In this document: positions 14,801-26,800 of the stretch, one piece after another
Position numbering within the stretch: position 1 is the stretch's first letter
How the letters are laid out: each line of letters begins with the position of its first letter
Source: Tubulanus polymorphus
Taxonomy: Eukaryota; Animalia; Nemertea
Reading direction: 5' to 3'
Assembly (NCBI RefSeq): GCF_964204645.1
Contig: NC_134026.1
Location: forward strand, 22,292,150-22,356,149
Length of the DNA: 64,000 nt
Notes under the pieces: generated by a model
Seen by the model: the letters and a program-made list of their open reading frames with translations, nothing else
Told to the model about the DNA's origin: nothing
The model's database searches: none
Translations under genes and position numbers: made by a program

Positions 14801-17800
14801 TTATAGAATAGGGCCCCAATAATGAAATTCAAGTAAGAAATTCCTCTCGCCTAATTTACTTCAAATGTATTGAGGCCTCTTCAACAATATCATCAAAAAC
14901 ACAATCTAAATCTAAATCATAAGATAACTGGAAGAGGTCTTTCATCGTTAGAGCTTTTTCGATAAAGCAAATGAAAATTTCATACGCCACTAGCGTAGAT
15001 CATATTTGACATTTTTTCTGGGCCTAATGACGTGCGTTATACTCTAGAGGTTGCACACACATCGGCCGAGCTTTCAAAATTCATTAGATTTGTGACTGAT
15101 AAACCTGTAGACCGGTTATCTGCTCGGGGAGTTTGCCTCTCCGTAAGGAATCTGTCACTATAAATCAATTTCCATCACATTTGCCCCGTCGGCTGATTTT
15201 ATTCATGACTAGCTCGGCGGAATGTGGCTTTTAATTTGCATAAACGCTTTCCACATTTATAAACGACAACTTCTCATACGCGATAAGATTTGTGAGGGAA
15301 GAGACGGAAAATGAATTCATCGAAACCTAATGCATAACAGTGTATCGTTTGTGTCACAAACATACATTCACACATGAAACCAGAAACTAGGTATTCAATG
15401 ACGGACATTCTTGGTCGATGCCAAAAACAAGCTATTCCTACTAGTGATATACATATCGGTGGCATTATGGGCGAAAACCAAAACATGGCTTCCCGACAAT
15501 GACAAATCGAAGTTTGAAGATATTTTTCCAATACATGTATATATGAATACATGGATGATATACGTATGACATCGATAATCTTACATCTAACTTTAAAGAC
15601 GAGACAAACATTCAAAATGATGTATAATTAGAGATACTACGTAATAGTGAATTGATAGATACATAGAGATGTTTTAAAAAAGTTTAATATATATGTACAA
15701 AGACTATGCACAATAGAGTACGTGGACAAAAGCCATATATATATATTCATACACGTGTGTTTTCAATCTATTGATAAATGTGGGATGATGTACACACACA
15801 CACACACAAACTTGTACTAGAGTTTTGAGATATCGATGAAAAATTGATATTATGAATTAAAAACAGAGAAGTAGACATTTTGTGACATTATCAGACGTTT
15901 GCAACTATACGGCTACCTAAGTGATATGTGAGTTCGTTTGTGGCATAAATGATTGAAGTAATCAGATAATTGAATTAACCATGATGGTGTAAGATTAGTT
16001 GGAGATTTGGCGTGAACGACCATCCAAAGATACCATTCCTGGTAACACGTAATCGATGTAGGATATTCAGATAACACCCCAAAAAAATTAAGAAAAATAT
16101 GTTCTAGGCTACTGGGTTTAGATGAAAGTATACAAAAATACGATTTGAGAGGGAGCTCTTTCAGCGAAGAGAGGGGTAGAAATTTGGCAGACGACGCTAT
16201 GACAAATATTCGACAGGACAGCAACAGACCCATGTACGTACACCTAATCATACTAATCGAATCATAGTGACGACCAGTCGATTGTCCTTTAAAATCATGA
16301 CAGGACGTTCAACGTGGCAAGTTAATGGAAGCCATCAAATCTGTCTACGTCGCCAGTGGACAAAAATTCAATTTACGAAGCTAAGTCGGCCATCGACGCC
16401 GGTAATGCACGCTATCCGTCGAACAAATAAGCGAATTACAGCTACCAACGTTTTGACGCAGTCGAGAAAATAACAACGCCAATTCTCGAGGATAAATGCA
16501 TTTGGATTTTTGGAGGGTGCGTCTCAAATATGATTTCGCATAGGTACTAAAAGAACTATGTGCATAATTCAGGTAAATACTATTACGAGATTAAGTATTG
16601 ATGTCGTCGCCGACTTTTAAAATGGTGGTTGTTGGATAAACTACCGACCGGTCATCGGGGATTTCAAACTAATGCGTTCGATTAGAAGGTGAATATCTTT
16701 ACAATGCAAGTGCAGATCTTCTAGATGAAGTTCTAGGTTATATACATTAAGAACGGTGGTTTCGATCGAGACAACAATTTACAAATCACGCTTTTATCAC
16801 GAGCTCTCCGCAATATGTGGTACCGCCTTGTAGTTGTGTGAAGTAACGAAAACATTTAATCCATTGATATTCTTGTAGGTTACGAGATTATCGCGTGCAT
16901 GCAAACTCATTTCAAAACCCGCTCTCAGGAGATTTCGGCCAATCAACTTAGCCAATTGGTGACGGTTAAGTTTTCTGTATTACCGTACAAACAGTGCCGT
17001 TACCCCACGTGCCTGGAGAGTTAAAACGACAGTTGAAGAGCAGTTTTGCACGGCAGCGAATAATGGACTAGAGAGGTCTAAATGACAGATAACGAAGAGA
17101 GCTCGTGATAAAGAAGCGGTCTGGGTATTGGGTTGAGTATTGGGCTTTAAGTCATCTTCACCGAATTCCCCGAACGTTACCAGCAAAGTAATAAGGTTCT
17201 TCAAATAAATAAACGAAGCAGAAAGAAATTCATCTCAATACCAACCAGCATTCCGCAATGAAATTCATCTCATTTTCCATCTCTAAACCTTCAAGTTCAA
17301 GGTTTATTCAAAATGACCGCGAACTGGTTCGCCGAGCAATTCGCATATTCATCAGGGGCTGCAGGTAACAGAGGATATTCCACTAACACCCATAGTTCGA
17401 TTGGCCATAGAACTAAGATCTAGGCCTTGACTGGATAACTGGCCCCTGGAAGCGTAGGCCTAACAACTTAGTCACCAGCCAGTTCCACAATTCTGATTCA
17501 AGGCATGAGATTTGATATGAAATGAACTTATCTAGTCTCAAATTTCTAAATTTCAATAGTGAATACGGAATTGATCTTTAGTGAATAAAACTGACCAACG
17601 TGCGTCTAGAGTATTATTATCTTAACATATACTCCAAGGTTACACGTGATATCTCGATTCATTACGTTATGATATCTCAGTTCACGTTTATGTTTATCTC
17701 ATGGTTTCTTTAGAATTAATTAGCTTTGAGAACTCATTCAAACAATATTAGTATTCGGTGTAGATGCCTCGACAGCAACCATGCACTGAACTGAAGCTGC

Positions 17801-20800
17801 GAATAGCATCAAAACAAAACCAACTCCTCCATTTCAAACTTCATTTGCGGAATGTCAAGCATTTTATGGGAGTAAATCAGAGGTGAATTTGATTCCATTT
17901 CAGGTGTGCAAAAAGGAAAACGTAAAAAAATATGTAATAGAAGAAATGTCACCGCTGGGCACAGACAGACTGAGAATCAGGTGTGCTTACCGGTAGTATT
18001 TAGGATAAACCCTGCAAATATCAATGCAGATTCTTTTTCAAAAAAATTCAGACTCATCGAAAAGAAAAGAAATCATGTTCAGAAAACAATCTTTAAGTAT
18101 TTTTCAGTAACTGCAGATAACGATACAGTTTTGGAGCAAGTTTTGCGCTGATTTTTCCTAAAACAATCTCAAAAAGTATTTTTTTTGTGTTAACTTAATT
18201 CCACGATGGTCCTCTATATCTAACACTGATCACATTTGTGTCAGACAATGTACAGTACAAGTGATACAAGTAATAAAACTACGAATCTTTGAAAAGTGGA
18301 GGTTTTTCCTTTGGACCATGTGGTATACATCCTCCCCGGTAGGGATTGGTACCTGATGGCATCAAGACTACCATGGTACGAAACCCTGCCACGTTAGCCC
18401 ATGTGCGCAGCTTAGATGATGTCATTATTTGCCAATCAGATATCCTGTTTTATTTCAGCCCGGTTTTTCCATTTACAGTTTTTCCATAAAATTTGCCTCA
18501 GCCATTATACAACTGGCAATCTGATTTGTGCTGCAACTTTTCTTGTGGCAAACCTGCGCACCCGGTCTAGTGTGGCAGGGTTTTGTGCTGTGGCTGAGTC
18601 AAGCGATGGCATCAGGTTCGAATCCCTGCCGAAGGAGGATGTATGGTATGCAGTCTGAATCAACATACTAAAAGATTATGATGAATTCCTGATATTTTCT
18701 TTTTGAAGTACATGTATTTTCGGCTTTTCATCACCTTACAAAACTCTGACTTTTTTTACAACGTAAATAAATCTCGTCCTCATTTGGTAAAAACTTCTCA
18801 TGGGGGGATATTATGGGGATCAAATTATTTCCGTGGCTTCAGAGAGAAATGAGTATCTAAACCAACACCCAGCTTCATAGATCCATTTTCATAGATATCT
18901 TACAATTTTCCCCAAATCAGATACATAACATCAAGCAATCATGGCCTGCATACGTTGCATTTATCATTCAATTATCCGCGTAGAACTGTTCCACACTGTT
19001 TGATTTTACGGTTTGATTTATCTGTTTACTTTTGTTTTTCGCCATCCATTTCGCATCGATTTCCCATCAGTATTTTTTTGCTGTATCAATTCCGAACGCA
19101 GCATTCATTGCATAATCTGTATTAGTCTGGTGAGAGTTGAAACAACATATCCCACATTCTCGATTTATGTATCGAAAACCGATTTGTCCAGATTTCTGAA
19201 TATTTGCCAGAGATGAATAAAATCCCGGGAAATCTTCGCTTCACAACCGTCGGACACCCAATTTGGGTTTCCTAAGGGCATGTTTTTTTTAAAGTTGTTT
19301 GATCAGAAAATACATCCTAGTTATCCGGGTAATGAGTTTAGAACCGAGCTCGAAAGATTTCCGAGGATTTTTTTCAATACAGGGAATCAGAATATGTATT
19401 TTGGACAGGATTAAGAACCGGGTGTTCTAAAAAAATGTATTCTGATTCCGCCGTAATAAGAAACATACAGCTTTTGAAATATAAAAAAATCTCAGGAAAC
19501 ATTCATAGAGAAGATTGCATAGAGGTTTATTGGAAATATTTTTTGATAGAAAGTATAGCATACAGTATACAATATTCACTCCAGAGAAGACGGATCAAAA
19601 TGAAAAAGTAACCACTGCGATCCAAAATCAAGCAGTATATCGGTGGAATTTTCTGCGAGCTTTCGGAAATTCTTACATTTTTTCATCAAATGGCTCTACA
19701 TAACAGTGGATTCTGGCAATGATCACTTGACGGAAGGAAGTACAGCACCAATGCATAATGAGTGTTTTACATATATACATATATAACTATATCACATGTA
19801 CATGATCACATATTTCTTCAAAATTCAAATTGAATCAGATCAATTAACTATGTTTTAAACTACTTAACCACTCTACTTTTTATCTGTAGAAAAAAAAAGC
19901 GGAGACTCATGATGATGATTATTCAAAAATTTGACTTCTCTTTAGTACCAAAATGATAAATGATACCACGATGTAACCACCAAATAATGTGATTGATATT
20001 TAAGGCCGTGATCACACGAGCATTTTCGACCCGTGCCAGACTAGGCCTGGGCCAACCATTCGCACTGGTGCCAAATGGGTCCATGCATGTTTGACAGCCC
20101 TGGCCAGGCCATGGGTCATGTTATTTGGAGTTTCGCCATCAGTTCTGGAGGTGACTCACTTCGCTTACCACTGCATCGTTTTGATAGCGTTTTAGTAACC
20201 AGTGAGTGATTTATAGCCGCGATCACACAGAGACGATTTGGCCCGGGCCAATATGCTGTCCTTATTTAGGCACACGCCAAATACCACTTTGATATGGTCC
20301 GGGTCCCGGGCTAAATCTTCTACATGTGATCTGAGCTTAAACCATGTCATTTCCAAAGCAGGAATGATGTATCATTTTATCCCTGTAATCTATATATACG
20401 TAACATATTCGGTGAATATCTCTTGTCAAGTCATGCTTGAAAAGAACTGATTTCATTCCTGAAACGCAGAACTGTCAAGCAAGGACTAAATTGTCGATAT
20501 CTATGCCCCGACGGAGCTGCTAAGAGATAACCTGTCTTATCTGACACGAGCATAAGACATGCCAGTATGAGCATGAAGAAAACTTATATCATAAAGAGGC
20601 CAGTAACTAAAGTACAGACATAAACTTAAGATGAGACAAAAAGAAAAACTCAATATCCGTGTATGATGAATAAACGCGAGAAATCCGACATCAGTATGTT
20701 TCGGCGAAAGACTATTAGCCATCATCAGGCGTACATCAGTACGCCTGATGATGGCTAATAGTCTTTCGCCGAAACGTTGCGTAAATATATACTCTTCTAT

Positions 20801-23800
20801 TCAAGTTTTGGCTATTTATTGTGGGATTTCTCGCATTTAAACTTAAGATGCTGACGTATTAATCTGTACTCTCTGAGATAACTTTACTCGTTGAGACTTA
20901 AGTACAGTTGTTTAAGTGATTTTCGAGACAGGAGTTCAGCTGGTTTCAATTGAAGATAAAGTACTATTATAGCACATGAAACAGTAGAAAAATGCATAAT
21001 ATTACATAGACACCAAACAAATTCAGATATTCAGTTCATAGCCAGCTAGTCTAATATTCTAAAATAGGCTGTTAGGCTAGAAAATACTGGCTTCATCACA
21101 AATTTTTGAAATTATTCAAATTGCAAAGTCTAGAATCTTTTCTCAATTAATGTTTTTCACAGTGTCTATCTAATTACTAGGTAAAATTTAATGTACTGGT
21201 ATCATAAGTTAGGCTTCGAGATATTTCTTGTTACATATTGTTTCATCATTTTCCTACAAAATACTTTTTCCCTTCAACCAAAATGAACTTGATATTTCAT
21301 ACAAACGCTATTGTACAAAAGTGAAGTTTACAAAAAATATCTATAACACGATATTTGAAAACAAATACTTAAATCATGTGAATACTATAAATGTATTTTT
21401 TTTCTTTATATAAAAATTTTCACTCAAGCAAAAAAAAAACGAACCATACATGTACAATTAAAATAACATTTTTTACTCTTATATTAAACTATATACTATT
21501 TCAGGTCAAAATATTTTTGGCGATATGTTAAGTTGACTGGAAAACTGGGTGATATGAATACAAAGGATATGTCTCACGAAAATGTGATATGTTTACTCTA
21601 CCAATTATGATAGAAAAATGAATAAATACATAAGATTGAAAATAATTCATTAATTTCATAATTCGAATTTTTAAATATGTGAACAAAACAATAAGTGATA
21701 GAACATATTATGCTTAAGGCGGAATTGTTAATTTCTCATCGAAGCATTATGAAAATTGTGACAAAAATATAATTAAGATTTAGATAAAAATGTCTGGCAA
21801 TTCGATATTCAATATATCAACTTTTTATCAATACGTGAGAAAAAGTTATTCGTAAGCTGAAGATACTGTGTGAAAAGTTGTTAGTAAAAAATCACGGTCA
21901 CTTTTCTGATGCAAATCTATGACGTGCTCGATGAAGCAGGCATTAGCATAGCGCATTGATCAAATTCCGATTAAAATTAAATTGTGTTTTCAATACTGGT
22001 AGTATGCTTTTTTTTTGCAAAACATTCGATATAAAACGGGATATGAAAGCTGAACACGTTCATCTGCCCAACTTCACACGTGAAGAGGTTGTAATAAATT
22101 GATAAAATAAGCTGCCCTGTAAATCAATGGCATTTACAAGAAATGTGATCGGATAAGAGCAGAAAGCAGTTGTTAATATTGCTAGATACCATTAAACATT
22201 AGAAACTCTTGTTTTGTACAAAGTTATCAATAATTTCCAAGCCGTTAACATTGTCTATTAAAGGAAAAAATCTGTTATGGCTAGCGTGATCATGATTCTT
22301 AAACGTAATGTAGGGGGTAGATAGGCGGCCGGCTGGGTCAACTTTAAGCTCGGTAGAAATGAGAAACAAGGTATCATTTTTTGCCCAATGAAAAAAATCA
22401 GTTTAAGGATAGGAGTTGATCATAATCACGAACGACTGTAAACTTTGGCAGACTGGGATAGATAATGATAGCCGAGGAGCTCGCAACGATCGTTTGAAAA
22501 CTCTCGACGACATTCGGCAAAATCGATTATTCAACAGACCGGCGAAAACGTGCCGTTTGTAGGTAATAATCTTCCATACAATATACATCATTATCTCAAT
22601 TTCGTCAAACGCTAGGATTTATCAAGCCAAGCTAAGATACGGAATGAAGCTGTCGAAGAGTGCAATGTCTCGAGCTACAATTTGAGAATGCTCGGGCAAG
22701 TTACTCGAAAATAAATAAAACATTAACCAGCATTTAGACAGAGAGGAAGGATATCATTTTTATCATGTTTTTTACGGTATATGCTGGGCCCAGTAACACA
22801 GCAATGACTTGACTACCATTGCGAGATTATATTTTGAAGGCGCAAGTGACCCCATGGTGACCAACGCTACACATCATTTGAACAAAAGTGCCTGTAGTTT
22901 GAACCAACTCAACTTGGTTCAACCAAAAGCACAGTGTTCATAACCCCACATATCATACACAAAGGCTTATTTTGTCAAAATTGTAGCTTAAGACAATTGT
23001 CTACATATTCGATGCACTTTTTCATAAATATTCTCATGCAAACAGTCCAAACACCAACATTTCATGCGACTTCAGAAAATTTGAAAACAACTTGTTATCA
23101 AAAAGGTGGTTCAAGATAGCATCGTTTCATTTTTCAAAACCTTTGAGTGATTTTAGTATAAATTGAAGACAGCCATGCAAACAAGCTTTGGAGGAAAAGG
23201 AAATATTTTTTTAAAACAGAACTCAGCAATGATCAATGCACCAGCCAGACTTTAAAAGTATCCTCAGCAGACGAATAAGCTTCAAATGCACTTTTTTGGA
23301 TTACATATTATGTATGTGTGTCATAAAGCGACTTTAAGATATGTATGTTTTATATAATACTTGATAAATCTGGTAAACTTGCTAGTTAAACTGTGGTTAT
23401 ATGGTCAGAGGGGCTTAGATCCACCATGGCAAGGACTTCACTCGGGGAGCGCTCGCTTCACAACGACAATCCAGGCCGACCCCTACAGAAAAATCGATAG
23501 AAAAAACAAAAATTTCAAAAAAACGTAGAATTTTGTAATCGTGCAGCGGCGAATGCATGCAGATCACTGAAAACTGAAAAACTGCAAATTAAGAAATAAA
23601 GTCATAATCCATGTGTTCTTTTTCATCGAGTGTTGGGTAGAAGGGAATTGAAATGGTCTTTACGACTACAGTTTTTCCAAATGTGTGCACAGGATAAATC
23701 AAATAAACAAGAAAATGAAAGAATATTTTTCTATACAAACTGGAAATAAAGGTGAATCTGAATTGTGCAAGAAGGACATGTCACCCCGGATTAAGAGTCC

Positions 23801-26800
23801 AGCCATGGTAGAAATAGGCTCGAATATCAATGTTGGTTAGTTTTCACTGGTATAAGGTTGGTGCAAGTTTTTTGATTCAAAGAATTTTTGGAGAAATCCA
23901 TCACCGTCACCTTTGTATAAAATCTAATGTTTCCTATAAAAAGGGTAAACAGAGGGTTAGGAAGACAAGACCATTGGTTCCATTGGAGAGAAGAGAGATC
24001 CAAAGGTAGTTAATGAATACTGCAAACCAGTTATACTGAAATCTATCCATGCACATAAAATGTCGAAGGAAATATACAAGTATAAACAACGTTCATTAGC
24101 ATTATTGTCCAGGAATAAATAGTTACATAACATCACTAAATACTATTACAAATTTCTTATGTTGTAACTTTTGATTTATCATATGTTCATCATTCACTTA
24201 CGCCATCTATCGGGTAATTTGAAAAGCTACCACTCGCAATAGCCACACTTCATATCCGTTCAAACAAATACACCCCTCTATTAATATGATTTACGAAATT
24301 TTGTATGGAAAAAAATCATTTCTCTCAAAAAGCCACTGCCAGGGAGGAATTCTGAGGGTCATGTTGTTGGCATTTTTCATTATTCATGAACATCTAAAAC
24401 ACTGTACGGAAATCATTCATACATAAATGACAGCATCGACCATGTCGCGAACGAAGAAGCCTATCAAATGAAATTAACCTTTCATCCACGACACGATGGT
24501 TAATAATTCACTTCGGTGATGGGATATTTGGGGGATCTACAAAATTTCTCATGACGATGCTGACATTTAAAAGAAGATACAATTTTGTGGTTTCATATTT
24601 CATATTAAGTTTCAACAACAGATAGAGAAGTTGTACTTACTTAGGAGATGGTTGTAGACTAGGAGACGAAGGGACGCCTTGTTCGCGCATTGCGATTAGC
24701 GCCGATTCCCTATGAACAGCAGCATCTGTCGCCGGAATATAGGATAAACTGCAAAACATGAACGAGTACCAGTGGTATGTGTAAATATAGTTTAACAATA
24801 TCAATTCTTAATAAGTTCCACGACAGGATTTATAACATAGTTTTTGAACAATCTATAATTCACTTAGTTTGGTTTCAATGACTCGATCCAGTTTCACAAG
24901 TTTTGATAGTTTTATTGTTTAACTGTTGTGTCAATTAAGAGTAGAAATGATTTAATGTAAGTAGATCAAAAGGTTGAAAGGAAATAAGAAATTCAAAATT
25001 AAGCCTAGAATGAAGTTTATAGCCATATATGTGGGTAAATGAACGTAAAATTTGTCGAATGTCAATAGTTTATCACAGTCAGCTAGGCGGTTACTGCTGG
25101 ATTAGACGGGCGGGTCCCTGATATGTGATTCAATTCAAGTATCATCATCAGGGCTAAAGATCAAAACTATCGTCATCTTACTCATCAGTCAGCGATAAAT
25201 TACACACCTGATTTCTCCGGAGATTAGAGCGACGCGACGTAGAATCTGTCTTACTTGCGAATTCGTCATGTTTCGCAAACTTTCGTTGTTGATGCTAACG
25301 ACATGATCGCCAACTTTTAAACGGCCGTCGCGATCAATCGTTTGTCCTTTCGCTATCGACTTGATGATACCTCCGTTGCGACCCTTGTCTACAGCATCTA
25401 GCACAAAACCTACCGAAGAAGAAATCAAAGGGATTATTATTGATTATAAGCCATAGGCAACAACGGTACTCCAGTTCAGGCTCAAACTTGAACTACGAAA
25501 TTACTATGTGTGTGTTAGTTCCCATTACAATTTGTATATGTTGTATCTAGGGCCATTAGCTAAATTTTGTCAAAACAACTTTTTGAATTTCAACCCTGTT
25601 CCTTAGTTATGACGTCATCTGCAAGGTCATGTCGCCGAGAAAACCTTTTTTAGTGCCTAGTTCTGCCACTAGGTCATTAAGTGTAACAACAAACACTTTT
25701 AATATTTTCGTAAAAACCGGCCCCAGGGCCATGATTCTTGAAGAAGTAACCAATGGCTACGAAAACTGAATAATGGGTTTTATGATGGCCAACTGATGTC
25801 GGTTATTTTGTGCCGATCAAAATCTCTTAAATAAAACACCTCAATCAGAACCAATCCTGTCGCTGAAAGAGTAGTTGTAGATTAAATTGGACATATTACT
25901 GTCACACTGGGAAGACTGATTATGATCTAGTACGTTCGACAAAGTCATAAATCATCATTTTACGTGTGCACAACAACATTCATTGCATTACGAATAGCAG
26001 CATTTTATCAAAGCGAGTGATACGCACATTGCATACATATTCATGAACTATTTTGATGAGTCTTCATTTCAATATGGACAAACACAGAATTCAACTATTT
26101 ACATGCCAGGCATTCATGTTACGAACAGCTCATCCCGGAGGAGCAGTTACATAGCAGTATAATTGTCAAAGAGGCTCTGGGGGCCTGGAAATATGTTAGC
26201 AAATACCATAATATGTTTTCCTGTGACTGGTTCTACGGGTAAATAGTGTCGAGCTTAGACCCAGTCTTACAAAGACTTTTATTTCAAAACAAGGTCTTCA
26301 CACAATTTATACATATCTAAGTTGGTCTATACAACAGGGCCTTGTGGGTTCGTTAAAACTTGCCCATGAAAGTTTTGGGGTCCAGACGTACCTATTTTAT
26401 CGGTGCCTTTGGCGATTTTAATCGAGCGTTCTAGAGCCGATGGCAATGGCGGAATGTCTCCGTAAATGGTCCATCGCGGACCGAGGTTCGGTGATGAGGA
26501 TGGCGAGGCTTGCGGTGAGGATGACGGCGATGCCTTAAGGTCACTTATGGTTGCTTGCTGTGGCTTCACGCCCGTAGTCGTAGTGATATTCATCTGCAAA
26601 TACATTTTTCGAAATAATTCCGTTACAGAATTTGAGACAGCCGTCGCGTGTAATTATCTACCTTTAAATTGGATGTATCCACAACGAAAATTGACTGATT
26701 TGTGACGACATAAATTTTTCATTAAATCACAAGACACCAATAAACAGGACTAATCACTAATAATGCAGGCAACGGCTGATCTAAATGAATTTATTTCCTG

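Noticed and set aside
15913-16251. 112-aa minus-strand ORF (and 15274..15615)
   Set aside because: No domain signal or compatible splice sites; the region looks more like UTR or intron.
24202-24536. Possible 25-nt exons at 24512-24536 (SPKYPITE) and 24202-24226
   Set aside because: Phases (2-0, 0-1) do not return to the required phase 2 without further unsupported exons; the second acceptor lacks a pyrimidine tract.
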